DNA of 64,000 nucleotides from an uncultured Pseudomonadota bacterium (GTDB lineage Bacteria; Babelota; Babeliae; Babelales; RVW-14): NCBI GenBank assembly GCA_964446935.1, contig CAYUQI010000001.1, positions 4,320 to 68,319 of the forward strand, read 5' to 3'. Shown piece by piece: positions 56,758 to 64,000 of this stretch (position 1 is its first letter; each line of letters starts with the position of its first letter). The notes under the pieces were generated by a model. It saw only the letters and a program-made list of their open reading frames with translations, ran no database searches and was not told where the DNA came from. The position numbers and the translations under genes were made by a program.

Positions 56758-57560
56758 CATCAGAGCAACTCAAACAACAGGTTAAAAAGTATTGGAATGG
56801 GGCAACTTGTGGAACAGAGTTTATTCACCAACCAAAGTTTTCACGAGCCTATTTTGAGGCGATTGAAAATTTTCGTTATACAACAGAACCTGAGATTTTT
56901 TCTTTTGCGCAATTTACGCGTTTTTCTGGTAAAAAAGTTTTAGAGGTTGGGGTTGGAGCTGGAACTGATTTTTTGCAATGGGTTCGAGCCGGGGCTGACT
57001 GTTATGGTGTTGATTTAACAGAAGAAGCAATTAATCATGTTAATCAGCGACTTTCATTGTATGGGCTTTCTGCTACTGAGGTGAGAGTTGGTGATGCTGA
57101 ACAGCTTCCATATGCTACTGATATGTTTGATTTGGTATATTCATGGGGCGTTATTCATCATTCCCCCAATACTCAAAAAAGCCTTGAAGAACTCATCAGG
57201 GTGACTAAACCTGGTGGTACCATTAAGGTTATGATTTATAATAGCAATTCAATGTATGCATTTTACTGTTATTTGAAGCATGCATTGTTGCGTGGTAAGC
57301 CTCTGCGAAGTATAAAAAAAGTTTTATATCATCATCAAGAAAGCCCGGGAACTAAGGCGTTTACTTTTCATGAAGTAAAACGCATGCTTGCTCAGCTTCC
57401 TGTGAACATAAAACTTCTTCACGCTCCTGTGACAAAGCATGATTTGTTGTATTACAAATCAAAGCCTTTTCAATGGCTTGCGTACGTGTTAGCCAGTCTG
57501 CGTGGATGGAACCGTGCAGGATGGTTTATGATGATCGAGCTTGAGAAGAAGGCAGAATAG
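56754..57560 (+). CDS. class I SAM-dependent methyltransferase (Methyltransf_11-like)
   Basis: Trimmed to MTSEQLK (ATG at 56754, AAGGAG RBS, ATGA overlap with the upstream GT). Motif I VLEVGVGAGTDFLQWVRAGADCYGVDL, then FDLVYSWGVIHHSPN. Confidence 0.8.
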   Translation: MTSEQLKQQVKKYWNGATCGTEFIHQPKFSRAYFEAIENFRYTTEPEIFSFAQFTRFSGKKVLEVGVGAGTDFLQWVRAGADCYGVDLTEEAINHVNQRLSLYGLSATEVRVGDAEQLPYATDMFDLVYSWGVIHHSPNTQKSLEELIRVTKPGGTIKVMIYNSNSMYAFYCYLKHALLRGKPLRSIKKVLYHHQESPGTKAFTFHEVKRMLAQLPVNIKLLHAPVTKHDLLYYKSKPFQWLAYVLASLRGWNRAGWFMMIELEKKAE

Positions 57561-59445
57561 TTTGTGGCGTTATAATCTTTTTCTTAAAGATTCGCTGTGC
57601 GTGCTCTTTTTGTCGTCCACTGTTCCATGCTGAGGTTGGGGTAATATATCCAACTATTCGTGTATAATGTTCAAGAACGGCTTTGCTACACATAGGACAT
57701 TTGGTAACAGGTCCCGCAATACACACGTGTCCATCAACACATTTGCAGAAATTGTAATTGATAGCAAAGTGTTCGCAGCCGCACACCACTGCGTATTCAA
57801 TAAGTCGTTTCATCTGCTCAAGACTTGTTAGTTTTTCACCAAGATTGAGGTGAGAAATACCGCCACCGGTCAGACTTTTCGAAAATTCACCATCTAACTT
57901 AATTCTATCAACAATGTCACAATCAACCCATAATGGGATGAATTGATTGGCATAGATATTATAATTCATGCCATATAAAATTTTGTCTTTGGCTGCAAAT
58001 TTGACTGCCAGACTTTCTGCCGGAACTTGCTCGACGTTAAATAACATTCCTTTATATGTTTTGCTGCATTCTGCTGCGTAAGAACGAATGAAATCAAGTA
58101 TCTCATGAGCAAGATGCTTTCCTTCCTTGCTGGTCATGGAATAGCCTCGTTGATCAAGGCATTCATAGACGCCATTGATGCCAAATGTACTAAAGAGTCG
58201 GCGAAGTGACATGATTTCGTATCTGAAAAATGGTAGGAACCCTTGTTTAATCCTGCCCTCAAGTAGCTGTCGGTGCGCTATTAATACATCTCGTGCTTGG
58301 TCAAGTTGTTCGCGCAGTAAGGTGAATAAATGTTCATTTGATTCTGCCAGAACCCCTAAGCGGGCAATGTTAAGTGTAACAATACGATGTGAACCTAATG
58401 AGATTCCCCCGTTACCAAAGCTATCGCAGCCTGCAAGATCAAAGTCATTGGTAAGTCTGCAACAACTGGCAACTTTGTGCCCTGATGAAATGTAAATATT
58501 GAAACATCCTTTTTCAAGGTTAATGCGTGAGAAATAATCTAACGCTTTTTTATCAATGATGGAGCCATGTTCATCAACGCGTAAGTTGAGGGTGACAACA
58601 GGGAAGCGGTATGGTAACCCTGTTGAAGGGTCTCCCTTGCTAAACCAGTCACAGAATATTTGTTGAACTTGTTCAACAGCATCAAAATCTGGTGATGAAC
58701 CATCAGGAAATCGAATTTCCCCGAAAAGTAGTTCTAAGTTTGGACGATCGAAGATTGAAACATTGGTGAATGGTGACTGATGAGATGGACGAAGTTTTTT
58801 GTTCAACGTGTGAATGAGTGATTGAAAGTCATTTTCAATGGTTTTTCTGGTAGCAAGATTTGTTAAGTCCATGCCTTCTTGTTTAACAAAATATGAATAA
58901 TTTACAAAAAGATCTCCGATAGCAACTGCGCCTGCAATTTCTTGGGCTAACTCAATCGTTACCTCTTTGACTTGGTCAATGAAAGACCGGGCGCGCTTGG
59001 GTGGAAACGATTGCAGTTGTCCCCAGAAATTTCCTTTGTGAAGCAAAAAATCTGTTGAATATGCCCAGCAGTATGGTATTTGTATGGCGGTACTATCATG
59101 TAAGTACAATTTCCCATCCCACAATGATCTAAAAATAGTATTGGCTCGTTCAACGCCATATTTTTGCAAAATAATTTTATAGATATCATGGTAACCAATA
59201 ATTTTGAGAGAGCTTTTTGCCATTTCGGCAAAAAAGTTTCCGTACGATCGACCATCTTGCAGGTGGTTGGCATTATCGTCAATAGACATATCGGTGACAC
59301 GTTCTTTAAAATATCGATCTGCCATGTACGAAACATCAAGTTGATGTGATGCAATTCCTTCAAGGTCAAGAATTTTTGGATCCATGGATGCATATAGATC
59401 TTTAAATTCTTTGCAAAATGTTGAGAATGAATTTACAAGTTCCAT
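57526..59445 (-). CDS. nrdD: anaerobic ribonucleoside-triphosphate reductase (class III)
   Basis: 639 aa. C-terminal Zn site CKCVDGHVC...CPMC followed by the glycyl-radical motif YTRIVGYITP. No N-terminal ATP-cone is evident. Confidence 0.88.
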   Translation of the reverse strand: MELVNSFSTFCKEFKDLYASMDPKILDLEGIASHQLDVSYMADRYFKERVTDMSIDDNANHLQDGRSYGNFFAEMAKSSLKIIGYHDIYKIILQKYGVERANTIFRSLWDGKLYLHDSTAIQIPYCWAYSTDFLLHKGNFWGQLQSFPPKRARSFIDQVKEVTIELAQEIAGAVAIGDLFVNYSYFVKQEGMDLTNLATRKTIENDFQSLIHTLNKKLRPSHQSPFTNVSIFDRPNLELLFGEIRFPDGSSPDFDAVEQVQQIFCDWFSKGDPSTGLPYRFPVVTLNLRVDEHGSIIDKKALDYFSRINLEKGCFNIYISSGHKVASCCRLTNDFDLAGCDSFGNGGISLGSHRIVTLNIARLGVLAESNEHLFTLLREQLDQARDVLIAHRQLLEGRIKQGFLPFFRYEIMSLRRLFSTFGINGVYECLDQRGYSMTSKEGKHLAHEILDFIRSYAAECSKTYKGMLFNVEQVPAESLAVKFAAKDKILYGMNYNIYANQFIPLWVDCDIVDRIKLDGEFSKSLTGGGISHLNLGEKLTSLEQMKRLIEYAVVCGCEHFAINYNFCKCVDGHVCIAGPVTKCPMCSKAVLEHYTRIVGYITPTSAWNSGRQKEHAQRIFKKKIITPQTILPSSQARSS

Positions 59446-59885
59446 TGTTCAAATTCCTTTTTTAAAACTCGTTGATTTGATGATGCGGGCCACGAATTGG
59501 TGACCAAGTCCTGCCGATATGGGCCGCAAACAATAAAATCGAGATTACTGGTCAGTTGTTGCGGCAATACCTCAAACTCTCTCCCTGTGTATAGAGCAAT
59601 GGAAAGTTTTGTTGTTTGTTTAATGCGATTGCAAAGGTGAATAAGAAAATCAATTTGATCAGTTGGTTCTCCGCCAAGAAAAACAACATATTCAGCCAAT
59701 GGGTGATTGGTTATCTTTTTCATTACTTCATCATCAGTCATTAATTCACCACTCAAAGGATTCCACAAACTAGGGTTTTGGCATCCTTTGCACCGTATTG
59801 AACAGCCAGCAAAATAAATTGCCACTGCTATTTTATGCGGCACGTCGATAAATGACGTGCGAATACGCTTAATGCGTGCTTCCAA
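59433..59885 (-). CDS. nrdG: anaerobic RNR activating protein (radical SAM)
   Basis: CSIRCKGCQNP (CxxxCxxC) near the N-terminus, 150 aa. TTG start preceded by GGGAGGA 5 nt upstream. Overlaps the nrdD start by 13 nt. Confidence 0.85.
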   Translation of the reverse strand: MEARIKRIRTSFIDVPHKIAVAIYFAGCSIRCKGCQNPSLWNPLSGELMTDDEVMKKITNHPLAEYVVFLGGEPTDQIDFLIHLCNRIKQTTKLSIALYTGREFEVLPQQLTSNLDFIVCGPYRQDLVTNSWPASSNQRVLKKEFEQWNL

Positions 59886-60034
59886 ACCCGTCCTCCCAAG
59901 CTAAAAACATATTTCTTAACGATCCGACAACCCCTTGGTAGGCAATTGTAAACGAAAAAAAAGGGTGATGACAATAGAGAAATAAAGAGAGTCTGGCTTC
60001 GCGGACTCAATCGAACAAAAGAAAATCAATTTTT

Positions 60035-60886
60035 TTATTTCGACTTTCTAATGCGCAGGATCATAGTTTGAGAGTTGTGTTCTGTGCTATGGGTGCGTTC
60101 AATGGTATACACAAGTTGTGAAATACCCCAAAAGAAGAGCCTTGCCAACGACATGATAGGCATTGATGTTGCTCTGAATGCTAGTTTTGCTATGCGCGGT
60201 ATTTTTTTTGATCCTAGAAAGCGGCCATCTATGCGTGAAAGAGGATAAAATAATCGATTATACAAAATTTTTTTTATAGTATGACATTCAAAGGTGTGCC
60301 ACTCAATATCAAACCCATGTTTTTCAAGCAACGTTGCAAGTTCCTGATAGGTGTAGTGCTTATGATGTCCATAGGGTTTTTTTTCGTGCCACATTGAACT
60401 TTGTTCTGCTGGCCCTTGGACAACCCTATTAGGCGTTGTGAGAAATAGTGTGCCATCGGGTGAAAGTATTTTAGAAAGAGCGGTAAGGAACGGGGTGACA
60501 TCTGTAGGCGGTATATGTTCAAACACCTCAGCCAATAGAATGAAACTATATGTTTTTTTCCCGTCAAAGGTCTCCAGAATTTCCTGCACTTTGCCTTCAA
60601 TTAACTCAAAGCGGCTGAACCGATTGGTGATAGGTTGCCAGGCATGAGGGTCGACCTGTACCTCAACCGCTGTGCCTTGCACACTATAGGTACTGAGTAA
60701 CAAAAGACTCAATCTCCCATTGCCAGCTCCAATATCAAGGAATGCCCGTGGTGAACAACTTTGGGGGAGTGCTTGTTCCATTTGTTCAAACCAAAATCGA
60801 GTTGCATAATCGGGCAATCGTGGGGAAAAACCTGAGTTGATGGTGCTCTGCTTCCAAAGATGAATGTAGGAGCGGTAAAGATTCAT
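60035..60886 (-). CDS. class I SAM-dependent methyltransferase
   Basis: Motif I FLDIGAGNGRLSLLLL, then FILLAEVFEHIPPTDVTPFLTALSKILSPDGTLFLTTPN. Substrate unknown. Confidence 0.75.
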   Translation of the reverse strand: MNLYRSYIHLWKQSTINSGFSPRLPDYATRFWFEQMEQALPQSCSPRAFLDIGAGNGRLSLLLLSTYSVQGTAVEVQVDPHAWQPITNRFSRFELIEGKVQEILETFDGKKTYSFILLAEVFEHIPPTDVTPFLTALSKILSPDGTLFLTTPNRVVQGPAEQSSMWHEKKPYGHHKHYTYQELATLLEKHGFDIEWHTFECHTIKKILYNRLFYPLSRIDGRFLGSKKIPRIAKLAFRATSMPIMSLARLFFWGISQLVYTIERTHSTEHNSQTMILRIRKSK

Positions 60887-60931
60887 AGATCTCCCTTTTT
60901 CAAAGCATTAAACTGTTTAAATGACTGCGTT

Positions 60932-60959
60932 TTGGAGCAATATCCTTTTATGGTATAAT
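60932..60959 (+). promoter_or_regulatory. Candidate extended -10 promoter for grpE
   Basis: TTGGAG (60932-60937), a 16-nt spacer whose last three bases are TGG, then TATAAT (60954-60959). Together these give TGGTATAAT at 60951-60959. Confidence 0.45.
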
Positions 60960-61034
60960 AGAAATGATAAAAAACAATAAAAAAGCCCATTGTGGGTTTT
61001 ATGAATGACGAATGTTTTAAGAGGTGATGATTAC

Positions 61035-61571
61035 ATGTTTTTTAAGGATGATAAAAAAAAGGGTACGAAGGAGCAATCGCAACATTCTGAAGAAGAAAAG
61101 CTTCCAGAGGCCCAAGAACCACAACCTCAGGAACAGGCTTCATTCCAAGAACCTGATTACAAAGATCTTTTTTTACGTGCTAATGCTGATTTGCAGAATT
61201 TTAAACGTAGAATTGAACGCGAGCGCGGTGAATGGATGACGTGTGCGCAGGTAGATCTATTGGGAAAGTTATTGCCTTTAATTGATGATTTTGAGCGAGC
61301 AGTGCAGGTTGCTGAAGAAAAAGCACCAATGGATGCTGCTGCTTGGATTGAAGGTTTTATACTTATCCAAAAAAACTTAAAAAAAATGCTTGCTGACATG
61401 GGGGTTGAAGAAATTCCTGCTGTTGGAGCATTTAATCCTGAATTTCATGAAGCATTAATGACCGTTGAAAATGCCAATGTACCAAGTGGGCATATTGTAC
61501 AACTGCTGAGTAAGGGGTATAGTTTTAAAGACAAAGTCATTCGGCATGCACGGGTAAGTGTTGCAAAGTAG
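61035..61571 (+). CDS. grpE: nucleotide exchange factor GrpE
   Basis: ORF 61005..61571 trimmed to MFFKDDKKKG (ATG at 61035, AGAGGTGA RBS). Motifs FLRANADLQNFKRRIERE...LLPLIDDFERA...GVEEIPAVGAFNPEFHEAL. Confidence 0.9.
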   Translation: MFFKDDKKKGTKEQSQHSEEEKLPEAQEPQPQEQASFQEPDYKDLFLRANADLQNFKRRIERERGEWMTCAQVDLLGKLLPLIDDFERAVQVAEEKAPMDAAAWIEGFILIQKNLKKMLADMGVEEIPAVGAFNPEFHEALMTVENANVPSGHIVQLLSKGYSFKDKVIRHARVSVAK

Positions 61572-61580
61572 GGTGTATCA

Positions 61581-62351
61581 ATGGCATGGGCAAAAAAGTT
61601 GAATCCAGATATTGCAAAAATGCGTCGTAAAAGGTTTCGACAGCTTCTGTTTAATCGATTCCACGTGGAACGCGGATTGCGTATTTTGCCGAATATTTTT
61701 ACGCTGGGGAATGCATTTTTTGGGTTTGGTTCCATTGTGGCAACCGCCTATGGAGAATTTGTAACAGCGGCCTATTTTATTCTGTTAGGCGCCTTAATGG
61801 ATATGCTTGATGGTCGTATTGCTCGTTATACTAAAATGACAAGTGATTTGGGGGTTCAATTAGATTCGCTCAGTGATAGTATTTCCTTTTGTCTTGCGCC
61901 AGCTCTTTTGGTGTATTTTTGGCGGTTACGGTTTATAGGAGACGTTGGGCTTTTGGTAAGCGCCTTTTTTCTTTTATGCGGGGTTGTTCGATTGGCGCGT
62001 TTCAATATAACGCATGGTCAGCAAGGCGTTTTTTTTAAAGGAATGCCAACGACAATTGCTGGATGCTTTCTTGCTACTTTAGTAATTAATGGCAAGGTTG
62101 CTGGTATTGTGTCACATGGCTTTCTCTTTGTTTTGGTATTTGTGACGCTGTTACTTGCGGTGCTTATGGTGAGTGCTGTGCCGTTCCCAACATTCAAAAA
62201 ACTATCACCAAACAGTTATGCTTTATTTTTAACAGGGTTACTTGCTGCCCTTATTGCATTCGGATTAACCAAGGTTTTGTTCATTCTTTTTATGTTATAT
62301 TTTCTCTTGGTTTTAGTTGCATTAGTAAAAAATAAATTATCAAAGTCCTGA
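61581..62351 (+). CDS. pssA: CDP-diacylglycerol-serine O-phosphatidyltransferase (CDP-alcohol phosphatidyltransferase family)
   Basis: The D-G-x2-A-R-x8-G-x3-D-x3-D motif is present: LMDMLDGRIARYTKMTSDLGVQLDSLSDSISF. Multiple TM segments. Confidence 0.85.
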   Translation: MAWAKKLNPDIAKMRRKRFRQLLFNRFHVERGLRILPNIFTLGNAFFGFGSIVATAYGEFVTAAYFILLGALMDMLDGRIARYTKMTSDLGVQLDSLSDSISFCLAPALLVYFWRLRFIGDVGLLVSAFFLLCGVVRLARFNITHGQQGVFFKGMPTTIAGCFLATLVINGKVAGIVSHGFLFVLVFVTLLLAVLMVSAVPFPTFKKLSPNSYALFLTGLLAALIAFGLTKVLFILFMLYFLLVLVALVKNKLSKS

Positions 62352-62461
62352 TTCGGGCGTCATTTTCTATTTATTTTGTTTATTTCGGTGTTCTCTGTTA
62401 CATTTAAGGATAAACAATTTTCTTATTTCTCAGCCTTCTTTCAAAGAATTAAGGGCATTAT

Positions 62462-64000
62462 ATGAACGATATGACAAAAAAAATACTCATTGCTAGTTCT
62501 TTTGTTTTTTCGATGGTTGCTTTATTTGTGAGTGTTACACAAGTTAAGCGTGCATTGTTGCTAACGACCCCGCAGCCGACAATGATCAAAAGGGATGCTA
62601 ATCAAAAAATCCAACAAGAGATTGAGTCGCTTACGCCGACAAAACTAGAAAGTAAGTGGATTGATGTTCAAAAAAGAGTTAAGGACACTGTTGTTCAAAT
62701 ATTTTCCTTTGTATCCGAGTTTAATCTTTTAGAACCATACAAAACTCCAGATCAGGGAGAAGGGGCTGGTAGCGGATTTTTTATCAATGAAAAAGGTGAT
62801 ATTGTTTCTAATTATCATGTGGTTGCACAATCAAGCAACATAGAGATTCAAATCCCAACATTTGGGCTTGAGCGTTTTGATGTAAAAATCGTGGGGGTTT
62901 GTCCTGAACGAGATATTGCATTGTTAGCCTTAACTAAGGAATCACGAGAAAAAATAACAAAAAAACTTGGCAAAATACCATTTTTAACACTCGGAGATTC
63001 TGATCATGTGCTTCGTTCTCAAAAGGTCTTATCGTTAGGGTATCCGCTTGGACAAACGCGTCTTAAAAGTACCCTTGGTATTGTTAGTGGACGTGAACGT
63101 CTTGGTAGTGGCAGTTTTATTCAAATTACGGCTCCACTTAATCCAGGAAATTCTGGAGGTCCAGCCTTAGGTCCTGATGGTAGTGTTATTGGTATTAATT
63201 CCCGTGCTGTTCTGGAAGCTCAGAACGTTGGGTATATTATTCCTATCAATGAAGTTAAAAGTGCTTTGGGTGATCTGTATAAGGTTAAATTACTGCGTAA
63301 GCCAACACTTGGGTGTATTTTCACAGCTGCTACTCCAGAAATGGTTAAGTATCTTGGTAACCCCCCAGCAGGCGGTTGGTATATAGCCAAGGTATTTGAA
63401 GGAACTTTGCTTGAAAGTGTTGGGGTTAAAGAAGGGGACATGCTCTATGCGATCAACGGGTTTATGGTTGATTTATATGGTGAAATTGATGTTCCATGGA
63501 GTGAAGATAAAGTTTCATTGCTTGAATTTTTAAATCGGCTGAATGTTGGCGATACCGTTGAGCTTGCTATTTATCGTAAGGGAAAACTCAAAAATTTTTC
63601 TTTTAAATTTGAGCATACATACCTTCCTCCTGTGCGTATGATTTACCCAGAATTTGAGCCGGAGACGATTGATTATGAAATAATAGGTGGGATGGTTGTT
63701 ATGCAATTATCGCTTAATCATGTTGGTATGTTGCTCTCGCGTGTGCCAGATCTTGTGCGCTTTGGTAAAGTAGAACAACAACATGAAGCTGCAGTTCTTA
63801 TCACCAATATTTTGCCAAATTCTCAAGCGTTTAAGGCGCGTATTTTGCGTAGAGGTGAGATAATAGAAGAAGTAAACGGGACTAAAGTAAAAACACTTAA
63901 TGAGTTGAGGCAAGCTATACTTAAAGGTAAAAACACTGGTTACATAAGCCTCAAAACAGATGATAATTTCTGTGCGGTACTTGATATTACTAAGATCATT
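62462..64000 (+). CDS. HtrA/DegP-like periplasmic serine protease (trypsin domain + PDZ-like regions); the 3' end runs off the right edge
   Basis: Absent from the ORF track (open at the window edge). My translation from the ATG at 62462 is MNDMTKKILIASSFVFSMVALFV...GSGFFINEKGDIVSNYHVV...ERDIALLAL...ITAPLNPGNSGGPALGPDGSVIGINS..., showing a His/Asp/Ser triad context. In frame to position 64000. Confidence 0.85.
   Translation, partial: MNDMTKKILIASSFVFSMVALFVSVTQVKRALLLTTPQPTMIKRDANQKIQQEIESLTPTKLESKWIDVQKRVKDTVVQIFSFVSEFNLLEPYKTPDQGEGAGSGFFINEKGDIVSNYHVVAQSSNIEIQIPTFGLERFDVKIVGVCPERDIALLALTKESREKITKKLGKIPFLTLGDSDHVLRSQKVLSLGYPLGQTRLKSTLGIVSGRERLGSGSFIQITAPLNPGNSGGPALGPDGSVIGINSRAVLEAQNVGYIIPINEVKSALGDLYKVKLLRKPTLGCIFTAATPEMVKYLGNPPAGGWYIAKVFEGTLLESVGVKEGDMLYAINGFMVDLYGEIDVPWSEDKVSLLEFLNRLNVGDTVELAIYRKGKLKNFSFKFEHTYLPPVRMIYPEFEPETIDYEIIGGMVVMQLSLNHVGMLLSRVPDLVRFGKVEQQHEAAVLITNILPNSQAFKARILRRGEIIEEVNGTKVKTLNELRQAILKGKNTGYISLKTDDNFCAVLDITKII

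Noticed and set aside
60887-61034. CIRCE (HrcA) operator expected upstream of grpE
   Set aside because: No TTAGCACTC-N9-GAGTGCTAA-like inverted repeat is present. Only a sigma70-like extended -10 promoter is visible.

Overview
This is 64 kb of an AT-rich, densely coding bacterial chromosome. The organism is diderm, judged from a secretin, KdsD and a beta-barrel outer-membrane protein (OMP). Eukaryote-like motifs suggest a host-associated or intracellular lifestyle; Dependentiae/TM6-like is my unverified guess.

Layout, left to right:
- 1-14 kb, minus strand: the conserved expression super-operon. Reading along the + strand it runs pnp, rpsO, tRNA-Val, rpoC, rpoB, rplL, rplJ, rplA, rplK, nusG, secE, tRNA-Trp, rpmG, then tRNA-Thr, Thr, Gly and Tyr. 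The usual tuf gene is absent.
- 14-20 kb: sufD, sufB, mnmG and a photolyase.
- 20-29 kb, plus strand: an OMP, rpsU-rbfA-kdsD, and an abridged type IV pilus-like set (pilD, pilB, pilO-like, pilP-like, pilQ secretin).
- 28.6-31 kb: a NagB-LmbE fusion enzyme.
- 31.2-33.8 kb: two tandem paralogous signal-peptide proteins with a UCH/papain-like Q-C-H-D pattern. One also carries an F-box-like and an NLS-like segment. This is my best candidate for an undescribed host-targeting module.
- 34-47 kb: gyrB, tadA, a DksA-like protein, tRNA-Thr, an orphan rpsI, a GlmS paralogue with substituted catalytic residues, putP, radA, tdk, an orphan membrane protein and the canonical glmS.
- 47.6-57.6 kb: a glycan locus with UDP-glucose dehydrogenase, UDP-xylose synthase, five glycosyltransferases (GTs) and two methyltransferases. 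Hairpin repeats sit at its left edge and a palindromic MITE-like element interrupts it.
- 57.5-64 kb: nrdD-nrdG, a methyltransferase, grpE, pssA and a partial HtrA-like protease.

I saw no rRNA, CRISPR array, transposase, integrase or phage genes. All family assignments come from reading motifs in the translations; no database search was run.
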